Assembly: GCA_038207335.1 (NCBI GenBank)
Contig: JBBQZX010000020.1
Location: 41,945 to 105,944 of the forward strand
From: Chthoniobacterales bacterium
GTDB taxonomy: Bacteria; Verrucomicrobiota; Verrucomicrobiia; Chthoniobacterales; Chthoniobacteraceae
DNA: 64,000 nucleotides
Direction of reading: 5' to 3'
Below, piece after piece: positions 35,440-44,530 of the stretch. The stretch's first letter is position 1; the number at the start of each line of letters is the position of its first letter. The notes below the pieces were generated by a model that searched no databases, was not told the DNA's origin, and saw only the letters and a list, made by a program, of their open reading frames with translations. The translations under genes and the position numbers were made by a program.

Positions 35440-36264
35440 TCACCGCCGCGCGAGCCCGGCGATCCACTTTCCCTTTCGCACGATCCGCTCAATCGCGAAG
35501 CCATTCGCCTCGAATGCCGCGACCACCTCCGCCTCCTGCGCGCGCAGGACGCCTGAGAAAATCAGCCGACCCCCGCGCGCTGTCGCTGCGGCGATCTTCG
35601 GCGCGACCTCCACAAGCAACCCGCTGAAAAGATTCGCCGCCACCACGTCCCATGTCCGCGGCGGCGTCCACTTTCGCACGTCGAGTTTCTTCACCACGAT
35701 CTTCGCGAGCTGATTCACCCGCACGTTTTCCTTCGCCACGCGCACCGCATCCGGGTCGAAGTCCCCCGCCTCCACTCGCCGCGCGCCGAGCGCTCGCCCC
35801 GCGAGCGCGAGGATCGCCGTCCCGCAACCGAGATCGAGCATCTCCCACGGCTGCGCGCGCAATTCCTCGCTCACATCCACGAGCAGTCGCAGACACGTCG
35901 CGGTCGTCGCGTGATCGCCCGTCCCAAACGCCATCCCCGCCGGAATCAAGAGCACAGGCCGATCCGCAGCCGACAGCTCCCCGCGCTCCTCCTCGCTGCC
36001 GACCACGATCAACCGATCCCGCACCCGAATCGCAGCGCGCGTCTGCGGCTGAAGCGCCATCTCCTTTTTCTGCAAAAACATCTCCCCGCCAAACTCCCGC
36101 ACCAGTCCCTCCGCCTGCCGTTTCGTCAGCGCAAAAGCCTCCACGCGAATCCTTGTCTTCCCCGCGAACTCCGTGATTGCCAGTCGATCGCGCAAACCCG
36201 CCAACCGTTCCGGCCACACATCCGCCCACTTCGCCGCACTCAGTTTCCGCCAGCAAAACATCAT
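35440..36264 (-). CDS. prmA: Ribosomal protein L11 methyltransferase
   Basis: IPAGMAFGTGDHATT, LDLGCGTAILA, DFDPDAV, DVVAANL, LIFSG. Start taken at MMFCWRK. Confidence 0.88.
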   Translation of the reverse strand: MMFCWRKLSAAKWADVWPERLAGLRDRLAITEFAGKTRIRVEAFALTKRQAEGLVREFGGEMFLQKKEMALQPQTRAAIRVRDRLIVVGSEEERGELSAADRPVLLIPAGMAFGTGDHATTATCLRLLVDVSEELRAQPWEMLDLGCGTAILALAGRALGARRVEAGDFDPDAVRVAKENVRVNQLAKIVVKKLDVRKWTPPRTWDVVAANLFSGLLVEVAPKIAAATARGGRLIFSGVLRAQEAEVVAAFEANGFAIERIVRKGKWIAGLARR

Positions 36265-36281
36265 CAGAGCAGCGCCGGTGC

Positions 36282-36318
36282 GCAGAGGCGATTGGCAGAA
36301 ACGCGGACGCAGCGTTGA
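36282..36318 (+). repeat. Dispersed 37-bp repeat, copy 2 (left arm of inverted pair)
   Basis: GCAGAGGCGATTGGCAGAAACGCGGACGCAGCGTTGA; 34/37 identical to the reverse complement of 37253-37289. Confidence 0.85.
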
Positions 36319-36325
36319 TCGGATT

Positions 36326-36442
36326 GGAGAACCGCGTATTTCACCGATTTCGCGGATGTGACCGCGGCGTCTCGCGCGCAAAGAAACAGCACAACGGCAT
36401 CTTCCTCCCCATCAGCGTTCTCCGCGAAATCCGCGGTTCTCC
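36326..36442. repeat. MITE-like element with 33-bp imperfect inverted arms of ~9-bp subunits
   Basis: GGAGAACCGCGTATTTCACCGATTTCGCGGATG (36326-36358) versus the reverse complement of 36410-36442, GGAGAACCGCGGATTTCGCGGAGAACGCTGATG. Confidence 0.7.
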
Positions 36443-36448
36443 CCTCCG

Positions 36449-37183
36449 TCACTTTTTCTGAAAAGTAATGATGTGCTGCTGCGGCAAAATCTCGCTCGTC
36501 TCCACAAACGCGAGCCCCGGATGCACCGCCATCTCTTTCTTCACCTGCGCCTCGCTCATCTTGTGCAGTTCCTTGATCGAGATCTTCGGGTCCTCCTTCC
36601 GATACTCCACGAAGACGATCCGCCCCCCCGGCTTCAGCCCCGCGACCATATTCTCGATCATCTCATACGGGTGATCGAACTCGTGATACACATCGACCAT
36701 CAGCATTAGATCGCACGACCCCGCCGGCAGCTTCGGGTCCGTGATTTCGCCGAGGATCGGCTCCACCCGCTCGCGCACCTTCCGCTTCGCCATATTGATC
36801 ATCAGCAGGTCCAGCATTTCCTGCTGAATATCGACCGCAAAAACCTTCCCTGTCTCCCCGATCTTCCGCGCCATTCGCCAGCTAAAATAACCGCTCCCCG
36901 CGCCGATATCCGCCACCGCATCGCCCGCCTTCAGCGCCAGCGCATCGACCAGAGCATCCGTCCCCTCCTCCTCCTCGCGCTCCGGCCGCTCCAGCCATTG
37001 CCAGGCCTGATGCCCCATGACATGCGCGATCTCGCGCCCGAGGAAAAACTTCCCGATCCCATTCGGATCATGCTCCGCCTGCTCCGTGTAGAGCGGCTCC
37101 GGCTTCGGCTCGGCGCGCAGATTTGTGGAAAAAGCGAGCGCCGCGAACAGCAGCGCGCGTGGGAAAAGTCGGGAGGCATTCAT
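36449..37183 (-). CDS. Class I SAM-dependent methyltransferase with a predicted signal peptide
   Basis: N-terminal LFPRALLFAALAFSTNLRA; GREIAHVMGH; VADIGAGSGY; VDVYHEF; LKPGG. Confidence 0.85.
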   Translation of the reverse strand: MNASRLFPRALLFAALAFSTNLRAEPKPEPLYTEQAEHDPNGIGKFFLGREIAHVMGHQAWQWLERPEREEEEGTDALVDALALKAGDAVADIGAGSGYFSWRMARKIGETGKVFAVDIQQEMLDLLMINMAKRKVRERVEPILGEITDPKLPAGSCDLMLMVDVYHEFDHPYEMIENMVAGLKPGGRIVFVEYRKEDPKISIKELHKMSEAQVKKEMAVHPGLAFVETSEILPQQHIITFQKK

Positions 37184-37252
37184 GGAAAAAGTGCGCCGAT
37201 CAAATACCGCCGCGGCGCGGTTGCCAACGCGTTTGCGCGCAAGTTTTCGACT

Positions 37253-37289
37253 TCAACGCTGCACCCGCGTTTCTGCCGATCGCCTCTGC
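37253..37289 (-). repeat. Dispersed 37-bp repeat, copy 3 (right arm of inverted pair)
   Basis: Reads GCAGAGGCGATCGGCAGAAACGCGGGTGCAGCGTTGA on the minus strand, 4 nt after the rimO stop. Confidence 0.85.
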
Positions 37290-37293
37290 CAAC

Positions 37294-38730
37294 TCACACC
37301 ACCGAGCCCGTCAGGTCATACACCTGCGTGCCGTCGATTCGCACGTTCACGAACTCCCCGACCGGCGCTGGCTCGCGTAGCAAAATGCGCCCGTCGATGT
37401 CCGGCGCGTCCGCCGCGCCGCGCGCGATCAGCGGCTGATCCACCAGCGCGCGGATCGTCTTCCCGACTTGCGCCGCGGAGACTTCGCGAGCGATGCGCTG
37501 CTGCAGCTTCATTGCTTTTTTGTAGCGCGCCTTTTTCACCTTCTGCGGCAGTTGACCCTCCATCTTCGCCGCGCGCGAACCCTCCTCCTGCGAGTAGCAA
37601 AACACCCCGAGCCGTTCGAATCGCGTGCGCGTGATGAAGTCGAGGAGATACTCGAATTCCTCCTCCGTCTCGCCTGGAAACCCCACGATGAAAGTCGTCC
37701 GAATCGCGATCCCCGGAATTCCCGCGCGAATCCGCGCGATGAGCGTCTCGATGTGCTCACTGCTCGTCTCGCGCCGCATTAGTTCCAGCATCCGCGGATG
37801 GATGTGCTGCAACGGCATATCGATGTAACGCGCGACTTTTTCACACGCCGCGATCGTCGCGATCAGCTCATCACTCCAGTGCGCCGGATGCGTGTAGAGC
37901 AGCCGAATCCAGAACTCCCCCTCGATCGCATTCAGCTCGCGCAGAAGCGCCGTGAGCGTCGGCCCGCGCGACGAATCTACCAGCGCCGTCGGCCCCGCTT
38001 TTTCTTCCCACAAATCCATCCCGAAATACGTCGTGTCCTGGCTGATCAAATTGATCTCCTTCACCCCCTCCGCGACCAGCGCGCGCACTTCCGCCACCAC
38101 GCTCGCGATCGTGCGCGAACGATGCTTCCCGCGCATTTGCGGGATCACGCAAAAGCTGCACGGGTGATTGCACCCCTCCGCGATCTTCGTGAAAACCGTG
38201 TGCGAAGGTGTCAGCCGAAAGCGCGGCGTATCGAAGTCCGGAATGTAAACCGGCTTGCGTGTCACAAGATTCAGCGGCTGCCACGCGTCGTCGGTCAGCG
38301 TTGAAGATTGCGCATCGAGCGGCGCACTCGGCCGCGCCAAAACCTGCTCGATGATTCCCGCCGCGTCGGCCACTTGATCGAGCCCGATGAACGCATCGAC
38401 CTCCGGCATTTCGCTCGCGAGTTGTTTTGAAAATCGCTGCGCCATGCAGCCGCTCACGATCAGCTTTTGCCCCGCGCGCTTCTTCAAACCGCGCGACTCG
38501 TGCGCCTCCAGAATCGCCTCGATCGACTCTTCCTTCGCTGAGTCGATGAACGCGCAAGTATTCACGATGAGCACATCCGCCTCATCCGCGTTGCTCGTGA
38601 TTTCCATCCCGCGCCCGAGTACGCCGCCAAGCATGATCTCCGCATCGACGAGATTTTTCGCGCAGCCGAGCGAGATCATCCCTACCTTTTTGACGACGGA
38701 CTTCGGTGAAAGTAAATCGACGGTGCTCAT
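37294..38730 (-). CDS. rimO: Ribosomal protein S12 methylthiotransferase
   Basis: SLGCAKNLVDAE, NTCAFIDSAKEES, radical SAM CNHPCSFC, RTTFIVGFPGE, and a C-terminal TRAM domain (DAPDIDG). Confidence 0.94.
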   Translation of the reverse strand: MSTVDLLSPKSVVKKVGMISLGCAKNLVDAEIMLGGVLGRGMEITSNADEADVLIVNTCAFIDSAKEESIEAILEAHESRGLKKRAGQKLIVSGCMAQRFSKQLASEMPEVDAFIGLDQVADAAGIIEQVLARPSAPLDAQSSTLTDDAWQPLNLVTRKPVYIPDFDTPRFRLTPSHTVFTKIAEGCNHPCSFCVIPQMRGKHRSRTIASVVAEVRALVAEGVKEINLISQDTTYFGMDLWEEKAGPTALVDSSRGPTLTALLRELNAIEGEFWIRLLYTHPAHWSDELIATIAACEKVARYIDMPLQHIHPRMLELMRRETSSEHIETLIARIRAGIPGIAIRTTFIVGFPGETEEEFEYLLDFITRTRFERLGVFCYSQEEGSRAAKMEGQLPQKVKKARYKKAMKLQQRIAREVSAAQVGKTIRALVDQPLIARGAADAPDIDGRILLREPAPVGEFVNVRIDGTQVYDLTGSVV

Positions 38731-38749
38731 GGAGAATTTGGGCCGGGAA

Positions 38750-39589
38750 TCATTGAATTGGTTGCCCCGCAGCATACTCCACGGGCTCGCCGTTTTTGCG
38801 GATCGCGATGAGATCGGGCTCGCGCGCTTCGACGTAAAATCGCGCGCCGCGCAGCTTTAGCGGAGGATCATTTGGGTAAAGGTAGTCCACGAAAATGGGC
38901 GTGGACTTTGGATCATCCCGGCGCACTTGCACCCACGTTTTTTTCTTCGCCGCGATCAAGACCTCATTCACCACGTCGCCGTCCGCCGCCGTGATTTTTA
39001 CCACCGGCTCCGCCCGTCGAATCTCCGGCGCGGGCTCAGCCACCGCCACCGCCGCCTCCGGCGCGGGCATCGGAGTCGCCGCGGGCACCGTCGCTTTCAC
39101 GACCGGCACAGGCGTGGAAACAAGCGCTGGAGCCACTTTCGGAGCGGGTGTCGTCGCTGCGACTGCCGTCTCGCCGAGCCCGAGACGCTGCGCCGTCACG
39201 CGCAGATAAAATCCAAAAACCAGCACGATGATGAGGCCCGCCGCGACGACGAGAGGCACGACTGAGGGCGTCTTTGGCTTCGATGAAAAGCGCTGAATCG
39301 GCTCGGCTGCGGGCGGGGCGGCGTTGCTGAGATATTGATAATCGCGGACGCGCAAATCGTGCGGCACATCGAGCGCGCGGGTTTCCTCCTCCACATCGAC
39401 GTGGAGAAATCTCGCGTAGAGCAGCAGAAACCCCTTCGCATACGCGTTGCTCCCAAAGCGGCTGAGGTCGTCGTTTTCGAGTGCGAGAATTTTGTCCGGC
39501 CGCATCTTCGTAGCGTGCGCCGCCTCGTCGATCGTCAGCCCGCGCTTCAGCCGCGCTTGCGAGAGTCGTTTACCTGCGGAGTCGGACAT
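38750..39589 (-). CDS. RodZ-like helix-turn-helix membrane protein (DUF4115-type C-terminus)
   Basis: GKRLSQAR..RGLTIDEAA..TKMR...LALEN...YAKGFLLLYARFL, a single TM segment, a Pro/Ala linker; directly upstream of rimO. Confidence 0.8.
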   Translation of the reverse strand: MSDSAGKRLSQARLKRGLTIDEAAHATKMRPDKILALENDDLSRFGSNAYAKGFLLLYARFLHVDVEEETRALDVPHDLRVRDYQYLSNAAPPAAEPIQRFSSKPKTPSVVPLVVAAGLIIVLVFGFYLRVTAQRLGLGETAVAATTPAPKVAPALVSTPVPVVKATVPAATPMPAPEAAVAVAEPAPEIRRAEPVVKITAADGDVVNEVLIAAKKKTWVQVRRDDPKSTPIFVDYLYPNDPPLKLRGARFYVEAREPDLIAIRKNGEPVEYAAGQPIQ

Positions 39590-39710
39590 AGAGTGAGTGA
39601 AGTCGCCGGAGCGACCGCCACTAAAGCCTGACATCCTGCCGCGCGAAACAGCGAAGTGAACGCCGCGCTCGCGAAAATCTCGACTTCGCGTTATCCCGGC
39701 ACCCTCCCGC

Positions 39711-41849
39711 ATGAAAATCTCCCTGCCAAAATTTACGGCGCTTCTCCTCCTCTTTACGACCGCATTCGCCGCTGCAAACCCGCCGGATGCGAAGCTGAAA
39801 TTCGTCGACGGCGGCGTCGAGATTGATGCGGACAGCGTCGGAAAATTCACGCTCGAATACCCCGAGATGCTCGGCGAAGGCCGCAAGCCCATCCACAAAC
39901 TCATCGACAAAAAACTTGCCCTCGCGAGCGCGGCGCTGAGCTACGAAGGGGGACTGCAACTTGATCTCAGAGTGGAAGCGGGCGTGTTGAAAGCGAAGTT
40001 TTCCGAGACTCCTGCGGACATCAAGGACGTGGCGTGGGGCCTGTTCGTTCCTATTGCCTTTAATCAAGGCGGCTCATGGAAAGCCGGAGACAAAACAGGA
40101 GCCTTCCCGAAAGAGAAACCCGCATCGCCGCACCTTTACCAAGGCAACTCCGACAACCTCGAAATCTCCAACTACGAGGGCAAGAGCTTGGCGTTGAAAG
40201 TTCCGGCCTACTCCTTTGTCGAAGTCACCGACAATCGCGAGTGGCACTGGGCGATCTTTCATGTCCGCTTCACCACGCCTTTCGCTCCCGACCGCAAGGA
40301 AATGTCCTTCACAGCCACCACCCACGAATCAGCGGCAAAGGCCGCGCCGCTTGTGGACTCGCTAGGCCAGTCCGCGCGTGAAGATTGGCCGGGGAAAGTC
40401 AAAGACATCAAAGAACTCGCTGCCGATGTGGAAGCCGACAAGAGCTACTACGCAAACCTCACGCCGCCTCCCGTCGGCCCGTATGGAGGACTACTCGGCA
40501 GCAAGGAGAAGCTGGGTCTCAAATCCACCGGCTTCTTTCATCTCGAAAAGAAAGGCGAGCGTTGGCTGCTCGCTGATCCCGCGGGCGACGCATTTTTTCA
40601 CCTCGGCCTTTGCTCCGCGCAGCCCAGCGAAGACTACACTTTGGTCAAAGGCCGCGAGTCCTCCTATGAGTGGCTCCCGCCGCACGACGGCGAGTTCGCA
40701 ACCGCTTGGCGCGATGGGAATTCCGTCTCCTTTCACCTCGTCAACATGATCCGCAAGTTCGGCGAACCAATTGACAGCGCCCGCTACACGACGCGCATGA
40801 TTGAGCGGATGCGAAAGTGGGGCTTCAACTCCAGCGGTGCCTTCACCGGAGGAGGCTTGGAGACGAGAAAGGCTTTGAACTATCCCGGCACCGAGCACCT
40901 TCAGCTAGGTGTCGAGGCGCTGCCCGGGATCGGTCAGGTCTGGGATCCTTTCGACGAAAAGACGCGCGCGAAGATCGAGGAAAGCCTTGCAAAGTCTCTT
41001 CCTGAGCGTGCCGACGATCCGCTCATCATCGGATACTTCATCACGAACGAACCGATCTACGAAAACATCCAGCACGTCGTCCCTTCGCTCAAGGCCAGCG
41101 AGCACGCCTGCAAGCGGCGCTTCGTGCAACTCCTGGAACAAAAATATAAGTCCCCTGCGGCCTTCAACACAGCGTGGAAGACAAGCATCAAAGCCTTTGA
41201 CGAACTGGGCGAAATGGTCGTGCCGGTCGAAACCGCTACCGCAAAGACCGACGTGCAGGAATACGTATGCATCTTCCTCGAAGAATACTTTCGCCTCGTC
41301 TCGGAAAACTTCCGCAAGCACGACACGCATCACCTTCTGCTCGGAAGCAGACTCATGCCCGGCACGATCAATGACGAGCAGCTCTGCCTCATCATGGGCA
41401 AGTATGTCGATGTCATGTCCTTCAACTACTACACCAATGCCATGGACACCGGCTTCCTTCGCCGCATCCATGGGTGGTGCGGACGCCCCATCATGCTGAG
41501 CGAGTTTTATTGGTCTGCGGCAAAGGAAAGCGGCCTCACTGGCGGGCGCGAAGTAGCCACCCAGCAGGAGCGCGGGCTGGCCTATCGCAACTACGTCGAG
41601 CAAGCCGCCGCGACCGGCCTAGTAGTTGGCATCGAATGGTTCACGCTCAACGATCAGGCCGTCACTGGCCGATGGTTTCAAGGCTACGACGGCGAGCGCG
41701 CGAATACCGGAGTCCTATCCGTCGCCGACCGCCCCTGGAAAGCCGCGCTCGCCGAGATGATGGCGACGAACTACGAAATCTATAAAGTCCTCCTCGGTCA
41801 GCGCCCGCCATTCCAATGGGACGACCCACGATTCAATGTCACCCACTAA
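39711..41849 (+). CDS. Secreted glycoside hydrolase, GH50 (beta-agarase)-like
   Basis: TGFFHLEK..RWLLADPAG, RMRKWGFNS, IGYFITNE (acid/base), DVMSFNYY, PIMLSEF (nucleophile), VVGIEWF, DQAVTGR. Confidence 0.75.
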   Translation: MKISLPKFTALLLLFTTAFAAANPPDAKLKFVDGGVEIDADSVGKFTLEYPEMLGEGRKPIHKLIDKKLALASAALSYEGGLQLDLRVEAGVLKAKFSETPADIKDVAWGLFVPIAFNQGGSWKAGDKTGAFPKEKPASPHLYQGNSDNLEISNYEGKSLALKVPAYSFVEVTDNREWHWAIFHVRFTTPFAPDRKEMSFTATTHESAAKAAPLVDSLGQSAREDWPGKVKDIKELAADVEADKSYYANLTPPPVGPYGGLLGSKEKLGLKSTGFFHLEKKGERWLLADPAGDAFFHLGLCSAQPSEDYTLVKGRESSYEWLPPHDGEFATAWRDGNSVSFHLVNMIRKFGEPIDSARYTTRMIERMRKWGFNSSGAFTGGGLETRKALNYPGTEHLQLGVEALPGIGQVWDPFDEKTRAKIEESLAKSLPERADDPLIIGYFITNEPIYENIQHVVPSLKASEHACKRRFVQLLEQKYKSPAAFNTAWKTSIKAFDELGEMVVPVETATAKTDVQEYVCIFLEEYFRLVSENFRKHDTHHLLLGSRLMPGTINDEQLCLIMGKYVDVMSFNYYTNAMDTGFLRRIHGWCGRPIMLSEFYWSAAKESGLTGGREVATQQERGLAYRNYVEQAAATGLVVGIEWFTLNDQAVTGRWFQGYDGERANTGVLSVADRPWKAALAEMMATNYEIYKVLLGQRPPFQWDDPRFNVTH

Positions 41850-41858
41850 AAACGCTCT

Positions 41859-42671
41859 ATGAACTCACGCCGCCTGCTTATCCGCGCTCTGCCCATCGGT
41901 ATCGCTCTTGTCGTCGTCTGCTTCCAATATTTCTCCTCCGACAAAATCACGAACGAAGCGGGGCGCTCCGCGCGCCACGCGCTCAATCCGCAGCAGGAGG
42001 AAGCGCTCGGTTTGCAGAGCTACAAGCAAGTCCTCCAGCAGTCGCAGATCATCGACTCCGGGCCTGAATTCGACCGTGTCACGCGCGTGGCGCAGGGGCT
42101 CGCGGCGGCCACAGGCACGTCGGCGAAAGGCTTCGATTGGCGCGTGTCGCTCGTCCGCAGCTCGCAGGTGAATGCCTTCTGCCTGCCCGGCGGCAAGATC
42201 GTCGTCTATACCGGCATCCTCCCCGTCGCGCGCACCGATGAAGGACTTGCCACCGTCATGGGCCACGAAATGGCGCATGCGACGCTGCGCCACGGCTCCG
42301 AGCGGCTGCTCCAGCAAAAGGCCACGCAGACGGTGATGACCGGCGTGCAGACCTCCGTCGGCGACATGAGCTACGAACAGCAGCGCGCGATCATGGGTGC
42401 CATCGGCGCGGGCGCGCAATACGGGCTCCTGCTGCCATTCAGCCGCGAGCACGAGAGCGAGGCGGATAAAGTCGGCCTCCTCTACATGGCGCGCGCCGGC
42501 TACGACCCGCGCGAAGCCGTCGAATTTTGGACGCGCATGAGCCAAGTCTCCTCCGGTGGCAAGCCGCCCGAATTCATGTCCACCCACCCCTCCGACTCCA
42601 CCCGCATCGCCCAGCTCAAGAAGCTCCTGCCCGCAGCCGAAGCCGAATACGAGCAAGCGAAGCCGCGCTGA
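41859..42671 (+). CDS. M48 family zinc metallopeptidase
   Basis: NAFCLPGGKIVVYTG, GHEMAH (HExxH), FSREHESEAD, MARAGYDP, STHP. Confidence 0.92.
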   Translation: MNSRRLLIRALPIGIALVVVCFQYFSSDKITNEAGRSARHALNPQQEEALGLQSYKQVLQQSQIIDSGPEFDRVTRVAQGLAAATGTSAKGFDWRVSLVRSSQVNAFCLPGGKIVVYTGILPVARTDEGLATVMGHEMAHATLRHGSERLLQQKATQTVMTGVQTSVGDMSYEQQRAIMGAIGAGAQYGLLLPFSREHESEADKVGLLYMARAGYDPREAVEFWTRMSQVSSGGKPPEFMSTHPSDSTRIAQLKKLLPAAEAEYEQAKPR

Positions 42672-42679
42672 TATCCCCC

Positions 42680-44353
42680 ATGCTTCTCCGCCCCCTGCTC
42701 CTCGCCCTGCTCCTGCCTCTGGTCGCGAGCGCCGCCGAGCCGCTCCGCACGGAGACCAATGTCCCGCTCGAAATCGCCTTCGCCGCCGCGCGCCCGAGCA
42801 CCGACCCTTTCAACGACATCACCCTCGACGTCACCTTCACCGACCCAACGGGCGCCGAGCGCAAAGTCCCAGCATTCTGGGACGGCGGCAATCGGTGGAA
42901 AGTCCGCTACGCCTCCCCGCTCCCCGGACAGCATCGCTGGCGCACCATTTGCAGCGACTCCGCCGACACCGGCCTCCACGGCATCACCGGCCTAGCCGAG
43001 ATCACCCCCTATCTCGGCGACAACCCGCTTTTCCGCCACGGCCCCATCGCCATCGCGCCCGACCGCCGCCATTTCCAGCACGCCGATGGCACCCCATTTT
43101 TCTGGCTCGGCGATACCTGGTGGATGGGCCTCAGCCACCGTCTCCACTGGCCCGGGGAATTCCAGCGCCTCACCGCCGACCGCACAGCAAAAGGCTTCAA
43201 CATCGTCCAGATTGTCGCCGGCCTTTACCCCGACATGCCCGCCTTCGACCCGCGCGGCGCCAATGAAGCCGGCTTTCCGTGGGAGAAGGATTACACCAGC
43301 ATCCGCCCCGCGTATTTCGACGCCGCGGACGTCCGCATCCGCCACCTCATCGACAGCGGCATCACACCGTGCATCGTCGGCGCGTGGGGCTACTTCCTGC
43401 CGTGGATGGGCGTCGAGAAAATGAACGCGCACTGGCGCAATCTCATCGCCCGATACAGCGCATGGCCCGTCGTCTGGTGCGCCGCTGGCGAGGCAAACCT
43501 CCCTTACTATCTCGCAAAAAACTTCCCCTACGACGACCGCGAGCAAGTCCACGGCTGGACCGCAGTCCTTCGCTACATCCGCGCCACCGACCCCTTTCGA
43601 CGCCCCCTCACCATCCACCCCACCGGCATCGGACGCCTCAGCGCCCGGCACGCCACCGACGATCCCGCCCTCCTCGACTTCGACCTTTTACAGACCCCCC
43701 ACGCCCAGCGCGAAGGCATCGGCCCGGTCATCCGCACCATCCGCGAATCGTATGCCGACACCCCCGTCATGCCCGTCATCAATGGAGAAGCCGCCTACGA
43801 AATGCTCGGTGACAAGCTCCCCGTCCAATGGACACGCGCCGCATTCTGGCTCTGCCTCATCGACGGTGCCGCCGGCCACACCTATGGCGCCAATGGCATC
43901 TGGCAGCTCAACCGCCCCGGCGACCCTCACGGCCCCTCGCCGACCGCCGGCAGCCCACCCACCGGCTACGGCACCATCACATGGGAGGAAGCGATGCGCC
44001 TCCCCGGCTCCACCCAAGTCTCCCTCGGCCGGCGCTTCATCGAGTCCCTCCCGTGGACAAAGCTCATCTCCATGCCCGGCACCGCCACATGGGACACACC
44101 CGCACCCGGCGACCCTCTCATCGCTCCCCAAGCATGCGGCATCGGCGAAAATCTCCGCCTCATCTACATCCTCGACCCGCGCGCCATCCGCATCACCGGA
44201 CTCACCCCCGGCGTCCCGTATCGCCTCACCCACTTCGACCCCATCACCGGCGAGCGCGCCTCGGCCCCGTCGCTCACCCCCGACTCAAAAGGCGATCTCC
44301 AAATCGATCCACCCGTCCACGGCCACGACTGGGTCATCCTATTGGAAAAGTGA
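42680..44353 (+). CDS. DUF5060/DUF4038 (apiosidase-like, GH140-related) secreted protein
   Basis: AFWDGGNRWKVRY, DGTPFFWLGDTWW, KGFNIVQ, PVINGEAAYE, GHTYGANGIWQ, C-terminal DWVILL. Start at ATG 42680. Confidence 0.78.
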   Translation: MLLRPLLLALLLPLVASAAEPLRTETNVPLEIAFAAARPSTDPFNDITLDVTFTDPTGAERKVPAFWDGGNRWKVRYASPLPGQHRWRTICSDSADTGLHGITGLAEITPYLGDNPLFRHGPIAIAPDRRHFQHADGTPFFWLGDTWWMGLSHRLHWPGEFQRLTADRTAKGFNIVQIVAGLYPDMPAFDPRGANEAGFPWEKDYTSIRPAYFDAADVRIRHLIDSGITPCIVGAWGYFLPWMGVEKMNAHWRNLIARYSAWPVVWCAAGEANLPYYLAKNFPYDDREQVHGWTAVLRYIRATDPFRRPLTIHPTGIGRLSARHATDDPALLDFDLLQTPHAQREGIGPVIRTIRESYADTPVMPVINGEAAYEMLGDKLPVQWTRAAFWLCLIDGAAGHTYGANGIWQLNRPGDPHGPSPTAGSPPTGYGTITWEEAMRLPGSTQVSLGRRFIESLPWTKLISMPGTATWDTPAPGDPLIAPQACGIGENLRLIYILDPRAIRITGLTPGVPYRLTHFDPITGERASAPSLTPDSKGDLQIDPPVHGHDWVILLEK

Positions 44354-44530
44354 CAGCGGCTCACCGTCTTGCGATTTCTCACTCCACATCCCAGCCCTTT
44401 GTTCATCTCCAAATGGCGTTTTACGAAGGCACTCGTCGGCCCAACGTGGAAACGCACAGCCGCGGCGTCCGTCTCTGGCGAATCACTATGCCGACCCCCG
44501 GCATTCAGAAAACCAAACTCCAAAAAAACT

